A stretch of DNA of 64,000 bases from an uncultured Thermoleophilia bacterium (GTDB lineage: Bacteria; Actinomycetota; Thermoleophilia; UBA2241). Below the pieces are notes generated by a model that saw only the letters and a program-made list of their open reading frames with translations, ran no database searches and was not told the DNA's origin. A program made the translations under genes and the position numbers. Where the stretch lies: contig CAVPCT010000004.1 in NCBI GenBank assembly GCA_963702475.1, positions 128,001-192,000 on the forward strand. Reading direction: 5' to 3'. The first letter of the stretch is position 1. Each line of letters begins with the position of its first letter. This document shows positions 35,174 through 43,298 of this stretch, in pieces.

Positions 35174-37285
35174 TCAGGCCGAGATCCCCGGACCTCCGTC
35201 CGGCCTCTCCACCCGCACCTCCACCGACTTCATCAGCGGGAACCCGCTGACCGGGTCCGGGCGATCGTCGTGGGTCAGCAGATTCACGTTCGCCTGCGCC
35301 CAGCCGTGCGTCACCTGGAGGCTGCCGGGGCGGATCTCGTTGGGCGCCACGACTTTCACCGGCACGTCCACACTGCCGACGCGAGAGGTGATGCGCACGA
35401 GGTCGCCGTCGGCCACGCCGAGCACCGCCGCGTCGTCGGGGTGCACCTCGACCTCGGGGCCGGGGATCGCGGTGAGGAAGCGCGGGATGTTGCGGAAGCG
35501 GCTGTGCATGTACAGCAGCTTGCGCGCGCCCGTGATGAGCACGAACGGGTAGGCGGGGTCCGGCGACGCCACGTAGGCCGGCGAGCGGTACACGGGCAGC
35601 TCGTCGAGCCCGAGCGCGCCGAGGTACGCGGACACGAACTCCACCCTGCCCGACGGCGTGGCGAACTCCGGCTCGTCCTCGTCACCGTGAGGCAGCGGTG
35701 CGTACTCGACGCCCTCGGGGTGCTCGGCGAGCTCCTCGTAGGCGAACCCGGAGGTCTGCAGCAGCCAGCGGTTCAGCGCCGTCTCGTCGTCCCAGGGGAA
35801 GTACTCGCCGGCGCCGAGGCGTGCGGCAAGGTCTCGCCAGAACGAGTACTCGTCCTGTACCCCGGGCAGGCTGATCACCTGGTTGGTCAGCGTGAGCACG
35901 TGGTGCTTGGCGTGCGCGTGCAGCTCGGTGCGTTCAAGGAACGAGGCGGCCGGCAGCACGTAGTCGGCGAGGGCCGCCGTCTCGCTCATGAAGAGGTCGC
36001 GGACCACGAGCAGGTCGAGCGCCTCGAAGGCGGCCTTGACGCGCGTGGTGTTCGCGTTTGTCAGCAGCGGGTTGGCGCCGGTGACGATCATCGCGCGCAG
36101 CGGGTACGGATCGCCGGTGAGGATGGCGTCCAAGGCCGTCATGGTGTGGCACTCCTGCCGCGTCTCGTACAGCACGGGAAAGCGGTCGGCGCCCAGCGGG
36201 CCCAGGTCGCGGAGCGGGAGCTCGTCGTACACGGTCAGCTCCCGCAGCTCAGGCGCGGCGCGGAAGCGGGTCCCGCCGCTCTTGCCGATGGTCCCCAGCA
36301 ACGCGTCGAGCATGGCGACGGAGCGGATGGTGTTGACGCCGTTCTCGTGGTGCTCGAGGCCGTTGCCGGCGTACAGCGCGACACGCGGGGCGGCGGCGGC
36401 GAGGGTGCGGGCCATGGCCCGCAGGGTCGCCGCACCCACGCCCGTCTCGCGCTCGACGACCTCGGGGGTGAAGGCCCGGGCGTACTCGGCCGCCTGCGGG
36501 AAGCCGAGCGTGTGCCGGGCCACGAAGTCCTCGTCGTAGGACCGCGACTCGATGAGCAGGTTGATGATGCCCCACGCGAGGGCGCCGTCGGTGCCGGGGC
36601 GCACGGCCGCGTGGATGTCGGCGCGGCGCGCGATGGCCGAGAGCCTCGGATCGACCACGAGGAGGCTCGCGCCCTTGCGCCGCGCGTCGGTCACGTAGCT
36701 CGTCATATTGGGGTGTGCGTAGGGGAAGTTGGCGCCCCACACTACGACGCAGCGTGCGTTCTCCAGGTCGGGCACCGGCCAGGCGCCGTCCACCAGCGTG
36801 AAGCCCATGTACCGAGCCGTGAAGCACTGCGAGTCGTTGGAGAGGTAGTTGGGGCTGCCGATCGCGTGGATGAACCGTCGTGCGAGCGTCTCCTGCTGGC
36901 CGAACCCGATGGCCTCGCCCTTCCACACGCTGACGCTGCGCTCTCCGTACTGTTCCTGGATCGCCGCGATGCGTGACGCGATCTCGTCGAGGGCCTGCTC
37001 GAGGGGGATCTCCTGCCAGCCGTCGGCGGTCCGCTTGAGCGGCGCAAGCAACCGGTCGGGGTGGTAGACCATGTCGACCGCGGCGCGCGCCTTCACGCAC
37101 AGCCGCCCCCGGTTCCAGGCGTGGTGCTCGTTGGCGCGGATGTCGACGATGCGCCCGCCCTCGAGGTGCGCCTCGATGCCGCAGCGATCGTCGCACATGC
37201 GGCACAGCGTGCGTACGACGCGTCGCTCCGGGCCGGGCCCCTGCGGCGCCGGCCCGGCCTCCGGCCTCTGCGTACCCGGGGCCAT
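35174..37285 (-). CDS. Molybdopterin (bis-MGD) oxidoreductase, cytoplasmic
   Basis: CRMCDDRC..GRLC, NYLSNDSQC (Cys ligand region), RPGTDGALA, DLFMSETA, HSRFRN. Paralog of 28613..30647. Confidence 0.92.
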   Translation of the reverse strand: MAPGTQRPEAGPAPQGPGPERRVVRTLCRMCDDRCGIEAHLEGGRIVDIRANEHHAWNRGRLCVKARAAVDMVYHPDRLLAPLKRTADGWQEIPLEQALDEIASRIAAIQEQYGERSVSVWKGEAIGFGQQETLARRFIHAIGSPNYLSNDSQCFTARYMGFTLVDGAWPVPDLENARCVVVWGANFPYAHPNMTSYVTDARRKGASLLVVDPRLSAIARRADIHAAVRPGTDGALAWGIINLLIESRSYDEDFVARHTLGFPQAAEYARAFTPEVVERETGVGAATLRAMARTLAAAAPRVALYAGNGLEHHENGVNTIRSVAMLDALLGTIGKSGGTRFRAAPELRELTVYDELPLRDLGPLGADRFPVLYETRQECHTMTALDAILTGDPYPLRAMIVTGANPLLTNANTTRVKAAFEALDLLVVRDLFMSETAALADYVLPAASFLERTELHAHAKHHVLTLTNQVISLPGVQDEYSFWRDLAARLGAGEYFPWDDETALNRWLLQTSGFAYEELAEHPEGVEYAPLPHGDEDEPEFATPSGRVEFVSAYLGALGLDELPVYRSPAYVASPDPAYPFVLITGARKLLYMHSRFRNIPRFLTAIPGPEVEVHPDDAAVLGVADGDLVRITSRVGSVDVPVKVVAPNEIRPGSLQVTHGWAQANVNLLTHDDRPDPVSGFPLMKSVEVRVERPDGGPGISA

Positions 37286-37771
37286 CTAGCCCTCCCCTCG
37301 CCCGGCGCGCGCGAGGCGCCTGAGACTGGCGTCGAGCGCCTCCCGCCGCACCTCTGCCGCATCTTCGGCCTCGACGAACCGCAGGGCCCCGGAGGTGCAG
37401 AACCGCACGCACGCAGGGTCGCCGCCGCACAGGTCGCACTTGCGGCTCACGCCCTCCCCGGCGTCGAAGTGGATGTTGCCGAGGGGGCACGCGAGCAGGC
37501 ACATCTTGCAGCCCGCGCAGCGCGACTCGTCTATCTCGACAGCGCCGGTGTCCAGGTCGCGCGTGATCGCCCCAGCCGGGCAGACCTCCAGGCACCAGGC
37601 CTCGGCGCAGTGCATGCAGGTCAGCGGGATGGCGGCGCTGTCCTCGGCGTAGAAGTTCACGCGGATGAGGGACGACGCGCGATCGAAATCGCCGCCGTGC
37701 TCGAACGCGCAGGCGTACTCGCAGTCGCGGCAGGCCACACACGCGTCCAGGTCGGCGGTGACGATGCGCAT
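37286..37771 (-). CDS. 4Fe-4S polyferredoxin subunit (HydN/DmsB-like)
   Basis: Four Cys clusters: CVACRDCEYAC, CMHC..C..CP, CAGCKMCLLACP, KCDLC..C..C. Confidence 0.9.
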   Translation of the reverse strand: MRIVTADLDACVACRDCEYACAFEHGGDFDRASSLIRVNFYAEDSAAIPLTCMHCAEAWCLEVCPAGAITRDLDTGAVEIDESRCAGCKMCLLACPLGNIHFDAGEGVSRKCDLCGGDPACVRFCTSGALRFVEAEDAAEVRREALDASLRRLARAGRGEG

Positions 37772-37774
37772 CGT

Positions 37775-39124
37775 TCAGCCTCCTTGCACTCTGCTCAAGA
37801 GCCCGGTGAAGGGCTCGGGGACCCGCCGCCCGGGGACGATCGCCTGAGTGCGTCCCTTCAGGAACGACGAGAACTCGGGCAGCGCCCTGCCCCACCGCAC
37901 GTAGGGCCGCAGGCGGCCGAGGATGACGGCGCCCTCGGCGCCGCCGAGCGCGACCGCCCCGACCGGCAGGCCGTCGCGGCTCACGAGCTTGAAGTACGCG
38001 AGTCCGGGCAGGCCGTCCGTCACCAACACCTCGTCCCCATCAGTGTCCACGAAACGGCCGAGCGAGGCCACCGTCAACCCGAACATCTCAGTGACGTTCA
38101 TGCTGAGGCTGCCGCGGTAGGTGACGGCTGGGGCGGCGGCGGGCGGCGCGGCCGCCGGGTGAGCGCCGGCTCCCGCCGGCGCCGATCCGGCCAGCTCCGC
38201 CACAAGGTTGGCGCCGGCCACCTTGCCCTGCTCCACCGCCGTGGGCCACAGCGCGTGGATCTCCGCGGGCCCGCCCAGAGCGGTCGGCCCGCGGGTGACG
38301 TCGCCGGCCGCGTACACGCCGCCCACGGTGGTGCGCATGGCGGCGTCCACCGGGATGCCCGGCCGGCCCTCCTCGAGCGCCTGCGGCAGCAGCTCGTCAT
38401 TGGGCCGGGCGCCGGTGCCCACGATGACGACGTCCACCGTGAACGGGTCGAGGCCGGCGGCCGCCACCCGGATCCGGCCGTGTTCGTCCTCCAGCGCCTC
38501 CGTCGCGGTGCCGGTGTGCACCGGCACACCGTGCGCCTCGATGGACTGGTGCAGCACCCGCGCCGCGCCCTCGTCGAGCACGCGCGGCATGATGCGCTCG
38601 TCCAGCTCCACCACCGCGACCTCCACGCCGCGGGCGCACGCCGCCCAGGCGGCCTGCAGCGCCACGAACCCGGAGCCCAGGACGAGCGCCCGCGCCCCCG
38701 GCCGCAGCAGCGACTCCAGCCCGAGGGCATCGTCCAGCGTCCACAGGCTGCGCACGGCCGGGTGCTCGATGCCGGGGATGGGCGGCCTCGCCGGCCGCGA
38801 TCCGGTCGCCAGCAGCAGGCGCTCGAACCCGATCCGGCGCCCGCCGGCGAGCGCCAGCTCGCGGGCGCCGGCGTCCACGCCCTCGACGCGCACGCCGGAG
38901 AGCAGCTCCGCGCCCATGCGCTCGTAGTACTCCGGCCCGCGGATGACGAGGCCCTCCCGCGAGACCTTGCCGCGCAAGTAGTACGGCAGCAGCACGCGCG
39001 AGTACGCAGGACCCGGCTCGGCGCTCACCATCGTCACCGGGGTGACGCGGTCGTGGCGCCGGAACGCCTCCAGCGCGCTCAGCGCCGCGGCGCTGTTGCC
39101 GATGATGACGAGAGGCGCGCTCAC
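37775..39124 (-). CDS. FAD-dependent pyridine nucleotide-disulfide oxidoreductase (NirB/AorC-like)
   Basis: IIGNSAAA, YSRVLL, LATGSRP, GSGFVA, VYAAGD, AVEQG. GTG start at 39124. Confidence 0.85.
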   Translation of the reverse strand: MSAPLVIIGNSAAALSALEAFRRHDRVTPVTMVSAEPGPAYSRVLLPYYLRGKVSREGLVIRGPEYYERMGAELLSGVRVEGVDAGARELALAGGRRIGFERLLLATGSRPARPPIPGIEHPAVRSLWTLDDALGLESLLRPGARALVLGSGFVALQAAWAACARGVEVAVVELDERIMPRVLDEGAARVLHQSIEAHGVPVHTGTATEALEDEHGRIRVAAAGLDPFTVDVVIVGTGARPNDELLPQALEEGRPGIPVDAAMRTTVGGVYAAGDVTRGPTALGGPAEIHALWPTAVEQGKVAGANLVAELAGSAPAGAGAHPAAAPPAAAPAVTYRGSLSMNVTEMFGLTVASLGRFVDTDGDEVLVTDGLPGLAYFKLVSRDGLPVGAVALGGAEGAVILGRLRPYVRWGRALPEFSSFLKGRTQAIVPGRRVPEPFTGLLSRVQGG

Positions 39125-39146
39125 GACGCTCTCCGGCCGGGCGGGC

Positions 39147-40610
39147 TCATCGGAGCGCGGCCCCCGTCGCAGCCGCGTACGCCGCCACCAGCCTGTCGGA
39201 CGCCGCCACGACACCTTCGGGCGGCGGCGGCACCTCGTGCGAGGCCAGCAGGGCAAGCGCCTTGCGCCGAGCCCTCTCGGCCAGGTCGGGCGCTCCGGCC
39301 GCGGTCCAGTTCTCGCGGCTGTCGCGGTTCAGCAGCGTCGGGCGCCACTGCACCTCCCGCATGTGGCGCCGCGTGTGCTTGCTGCCCAGGAACTGGCCGC
39401 CCGGCCCCACCTGGGCGATCGCGTCCAGGGCCAGCGTCTCCTCGTCCACCTGCACCCCGGCGACCAGCCGCCGGTTGGCGGCGATGAACTCGTCCAGCAT
39501 CACGATCGCCTCGAGCGAGCAGGTGAGGCCGAAGTCCAGGTAGCCGACGTCGTGGGCGAGATTGGAGCCGGCCAACATGGCCAGCAGCGTCATCTGGTTC
39601 GCCTCCATACCCATCTGCGCGTCGGGCAGCTGGCTGTCGCTGGTGCCGGCGTTGCCCCAGTTGGGCAGGCCGAGCCACTTCGCCATCTCCACGGCGCACA
39701 TATAGCCGAGCTGGTAGCCGAGGTCGTTGTACGACGACTGCGCTGTGGCGATGTCGAGCACGGCGGAACCCATCCCGAACAGGAACGGCGCGCCCGGCGT
39801 GCGCAGCTGGTGGACGACGAGCCCGAACAGGCACTCGGCGATGCCCAGGGCCGTGTGGCCGGCGACGGTGATGGGCGCCGTGGCCCCCGCCAGCGGCGCC
39901 GGCGAGTAGTTGGTCGGCACGCCGGCGTCGGCGCACAGCAGGAGCTTCTCGACGCTGTCGCGGGGGTGTGTCAGCGGGCTGGTCGGCTCGTTGTACATGA
40001 GGAAGTACGGCTTGGCGCGAAGCTCGCCCAGGCCTCCGCGCAGGACGCGCGCGATCTCGATCATCACGGCCAGGTCGCGCTCGTTCTCGGCCGTCATCAC
40101 CAGCGGCTTCGTGGTGTTCTGCAGCATCGCGACGAAGCTCAGCAGGTACGACAGGTGCGGGTCCTGGTCCGTCGGATGCGCGGAGCTCATGACGAAGTCG
40201 ATGTTGGGGAGCGCGTCGCACAGCCGAGCCGCGCGCCGCACGTCTTCGAGCACGCTGGGGCGGTGCTCGCCGGTCTCCAGGTCGTAGGTGGACATGAGGT
40301 CCGAGCCCGTGCCGAAGTAGCTGTTGTAGCCGCCGAGCTCCATGGCCGGCTCGCCGCCGCGGTCGTAGGCCGTGATGACCGGCGGCGCGGTCTCCCGCGC
40401 GCGCTCGACGAGCTCGCGCGGTATCAGAACGTGTCCGGCCGGCGTCAGAACCGCGCCGCTGTCCAGCAGCATAGTCCGCGCGCCGTCGTGGTTGAGCTGC
40501 ATGCCGACCGCGCCGAGGATCTCGAGCGCGGCGTCGTAGAGGTCCTGCTTCGCCTGCTCGCTGAGAAAGCTCAGGTGACCGATACCGGAGGCGTTGTGAA
40601 GGTGCTTCAC
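39147..40610 (-). CDS. MttB-superfamily methyltransferase, non-Pyl
   Basis: YFGTGSD, DALPNIDF, EPTSPL, GATAPITVAG, AGTSDSQLPDAQ, VGPGGQFL. AGGAG RBS before GTG 40610. Confidence 0.9.
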   Translation of the reverse strand: MKHLHNASGIGHLSFLSEQAKQDLYDAALEILGAVGMQLNHDGARTMLLDSGAVLTPAGHVLIPRELVERARETAPPVITAYDRGGEPAMELGGYNSYFGTGSDLMSTYDLETGEHRPSVLEDVRRAARLCDALPNIDFVMSSAHPTDQDPHLSYLLSFVAMLQNTTKPLVMTAENERDLAVMIEIARVLRGGLGELRAKPYFLMYNEPTSPLTHPRDSVEKLLLCADAGVPTNYSPAPLAGATAPITVAGHTALGIAECLFGLVVHQLRTPGAPFLFGMGSAVLDIATAQSSYNDLGYQLGYMCAVEMAKWLGLPNWGNAGTSDSQLPDAQMGMEANQMTLLAMLAGSNLAHDVGYLDFGLTCSLEAIVMLDEFIAANRRLVAGVQVDEETLALDAIAQVGPGGQFLGSKHTRRHMREVQWRPTLLNRDSRENWTAAGAPDLAERARRKALALLASHEVPPPPEGVVAASDRLVAAYAAATGAALR

Positions 40611-40828
40611 GGGCGTGCTCCTGACCGTCGTGGCCCGTCGCGGCCGCGACGGCTGTCCTGTGCCCGACACGAGCACGTCACGCCGCGGAGCGCCTGGCGG
40701 CGCCGCGGCGCGGGTGACATCGCCAGTAACACGCGACCGATTGTCCGGGGGCGCCACGGCGCCGGTCAAGTGCGGCGGGGTCTCCGTTCTCGAATGCTGG
40801 ACAGAACGAGGCCGCGGGACCGCACGAG

Positions 40829-41506
40829 CTACGCGCGGCGCCGCAGCTCGAAGAAGAGGCTGGACGCGTCGACCTCCACGGTCTCCATGTCCGCATCCAG
40901 CCCGCGCAGCGCTTCCTCCATGGCCGGGGACGACACGGTGCCGGCGGCGAACCCGTCCTCGCAGACGATCACGCCGTCGCCCGTCTTCGCCTCGTCGATC
41001 GGCCCGATCAGTCCCGCGTCCGCCTGGGCGCGGAACCAGGCCAGCCGCTCGTCCCAGAAGCCCTCGCTGTAGGTCGAGAGAAGCGCCCGGCCGCCGGGGC
41101 GGGTCACGCGCAGCAGCTCCGCCGCCAGCACGTGCAGGTCGACGTGGAAGGCCGACACTCCGTTCTGGATGCAGGCCACCACGTCGAAGGAGCCGTCCGT
41201 GAACGCCAGATCGGTGGCGTCCATGCGCGCGAAGAGGCAGTTAGGCACACCGGCGAGCTCGATGGCCGCCACCGCCAGGCTCGCCGCCGAGGTGTCGACG
41301 CCGACCACGAAGCGCGCCGCCCCGGCGAAGGTCGGTACGGCCCGGCCGTAGCCACAGCCGGCGTCGAGCAGGACGTCCCCCGAAGCCACTCGTGAGATCA
41401 CGTGGCCGATCTCGGCATCCAGGTACTGCCGCACGCGCGGCGACGCGATCTCGTAGCAGCGCCGCAGCGACGATGCACTCAGGCGGCGGTCGTAGTACCC
41501 GGTCAT
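40829..41506 (-). CDS. Class I SAM-dependent methyltransferase
   Basis: LLDAGCGYGR, VGVD, FTDGSFDVV, RVTRPGG. Confidence 0.85.
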   Translation of the reverse strand: MTGYYDRRLSASSLRRCYEIASPRVRQYLDAEIGHVISRVASGDVLLDAGCGYGRAVPTFAGAARFVVGVDTSAASLAVAAIELAGVPNCLFARMDATDLAFTDGSFDVVACIQNGVSAFHVDLHVLAAELLRVTRPGGRALLSTYSEGFWDERLAWFRAQADAGLIGPIDEAKTGDGVIVCEDGFAAGTVSSPAMEEALRGLDADMETVEVDASSLFFELRRRA

Positions 41507-41707
41507 CGCGCCCTCCCTCCGATCGGCGGCCGTTGCTCGCCGAGCGTACCCCACACAGACGCCGGCCGCGTATCCTTGTCGTCCAGTCGGTGGGACGGTC
41601 GCCGGCCCCGCTTGAATCGCCCGCCGCCTCAGCTAGAGTCCGGTCCTTGGGGGCGGCTGTGCTGTGCCGTCGCTCCACCCAGCTCGGAACCATCGGAAGG
41701 AGCATTC

Positions 41708-43231
41708 GTGACAATCATCCTGGACGGCGGGTCGCTGACCGTCGAGAAGCTCGTCGCCATCGCCCGCTTCAACGAGCCGGTGGAGCTCGATGCCGCGGCT
41801 GCCGAGCGCATCAACTTCTGTCGCGCCATGCTCGAGGAGAAGATCGCCGCCCGTGAGATCATGTACGGCACCAACACCGGCATCGGCGAGTTCAGCGAGA
41901 TCGTCCTGGACGACGACCAGGTGCAGCAGTTCCAGCGTTTCCTCGTGTACAACCACGCCGCCGGCATCGGTGAGCCCGCGCCCATCGAGGTCGTGCGCGC
42001 CGCCATGGCCGCCCGCATCAACGTCCACGCCCACGGCAACTCGGGCAACCGCCTCGCGATCACGCAGACGCTGGTCGAGCTGCTCAACAAGGGTGTCACC
42101 CCGGTGATGAGCTCCAAGGGCTCGGTGGGCGCCTGCGGCGACCTCGCCCCCATGGCCCAGATGGCGCTCGTGATGATGGGCGAGGGCGAGTCCTTCTACC
42201 AAGGCGAGCGCATGCCCAGCCGCGAGGCCATGGAGCGCGCCGGCATCCCCGCGCCGGGGCTGGAGGCGCGCGACGGCCTCGCCACCATCAACGGCTCCAA
42301 CGTGCTCACCGGCATGAGCGCGCTGCTCTGCCACGACGCCGACCGCTGGTTCAAGCAGGCGGAGATCGCTGCCGCCATGAGCCTCGAGGCGCTGCTCGCC
42401 AACCTCAAGCCCTACAACGCCAAGCTGCACGAGTTGCGCGGATTCTCCGGCGCCGTGCGGAGCGCCGCCTCCATCCGCGCCTGCATCGCCGAGAGCGACC
42501 TGGCCACCGGCAAGATCAAGACCAAGGTGCAGGACGCCTACTCGATGCGCTCCACGCCGCAGGTCATCGGCGCCGCCCACGACGCCCTCAAGTGGGCGAA
42601 GAGCCAGGTGGAGATCGAGCTCAACGGCGTGGGCGACAACCCCATCTGGGTGCCGGAGGAGAAGCTCACGCTGACCGGCGCCAACTTCCAGGGCACGCCG
42701 GTCAGCCTGCCGATGGAGATGATCGGCCAGGCCATCACCATGGTCAGCGTGCTCAGCGAGCGCCGCCTCAACCGCATGGAGAACACCGCCACGAGCCAGG
42801 GCCTGCCCGACTTCCTCACCCCCAACCCAGGCTTCTACAGCGGTCTGATGCTCAGCCAGTACACCGCCGACATGCTCATCACCGAGCAGCGCATCCTCGC
42901 GGCGCCGGCGGCCACCATGAGCATCCCCGCCGCGGCCGACCAGGAGGACTTCGTCTCCATGGGCATGAACACGGCGCTCAAGAACCGCCAGATCCTGGAG
43001 AACGCCTACGGCGTGCTGGGCATCGAGTTCATGGGCGCGGCGCAGGCGCTGGACTTCCGCGAGTTCACCCCCGGCAAGGGCGTGCGCAAGGCCAAGGAGG
43101 TCATCCGCAAGTACGTCGACCACCTCGACATCGACCGGCCGCTGTTCCCGGACCACAACGCCATGGCCGAGCTGGTGAAGTCGGGCGAGATCCTCGAGGC
43201 CGTCGAGGCGGAGGTCGGCTCGCTGGGCTGA
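41708..43231 (+). CDS. hutH: Histidine ammonia-lyase family (MIO enzyme)
   Basis: MYGTNTGIG, NHAAGIG, GSVGACGDLAP, QDAYSMR, GANFQG, QEDFVSMG (HAL-type Glu). GTG start after an AAGGAG RBS. Confidence 0.8.
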   Translation: MTIILDGGSLTVEKLVAIARFNEPVELDAAAAERINFCRAMLEEKIAAREIMYGTNTGIGEFSEIVLDDDQVQQFQRFLVYNHAAGIGEPAPIEVVRAAMAARINVHAHGNSGNRLAITQTLVELLNKGVTPVMSSKGSVGACGDLAPMAQMALVMMGEGESFYQGERMPSREAMERAGIPAPGLEARDGLATINGSNVLTGMSALLCHDADRWFKQAEIAAAMSLEALLANLKPYNAKLHELRGFSGAVRSAASIRACIAESDLATGKIKTKVQDAYSMRSTPQVIGAAHDALKWAKSQVEIELNGVGDNPIWVPEEKLTLTGANFQGTPVSLPMEMIGQAITMVSVLSERRLNRMENTATSQGLPDFLTPNPGFYSGLMLSQYTADMLITEQRILAAPAATMSIPAAADQEDFVSMGMNTALKNRQILENAYGVLGIEFMGAAQALDFREFTPGKGVRKAKEVIRKYVDHLDIDRPLFPDHNAMAELVKSGEILEAVEAEVGSLG

Positions 43232-43298
43232 GGCCGGGGCGCCGGCCGGGTGGCGCCGCTGCCGGCGCGATAGACTCGCGCCGGGATAAGGAGCGCGG

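Noticed and set aside
28613-37285. Selenocysteine (TGA) recoding in the molybdoenzymes
   Set aside because: Ligand positions are ordinary Cys codons; the break in one copy is a frameshift, not an in-frame TGA.
41708-43231. hutH as an ergothionase-type TMA-lyase
   Set aside because: Ergothionase lacks an MIO-forming tripeptide, whereas this protein keeps A-C-G-D, which can plausibly form MIO. Not supported.
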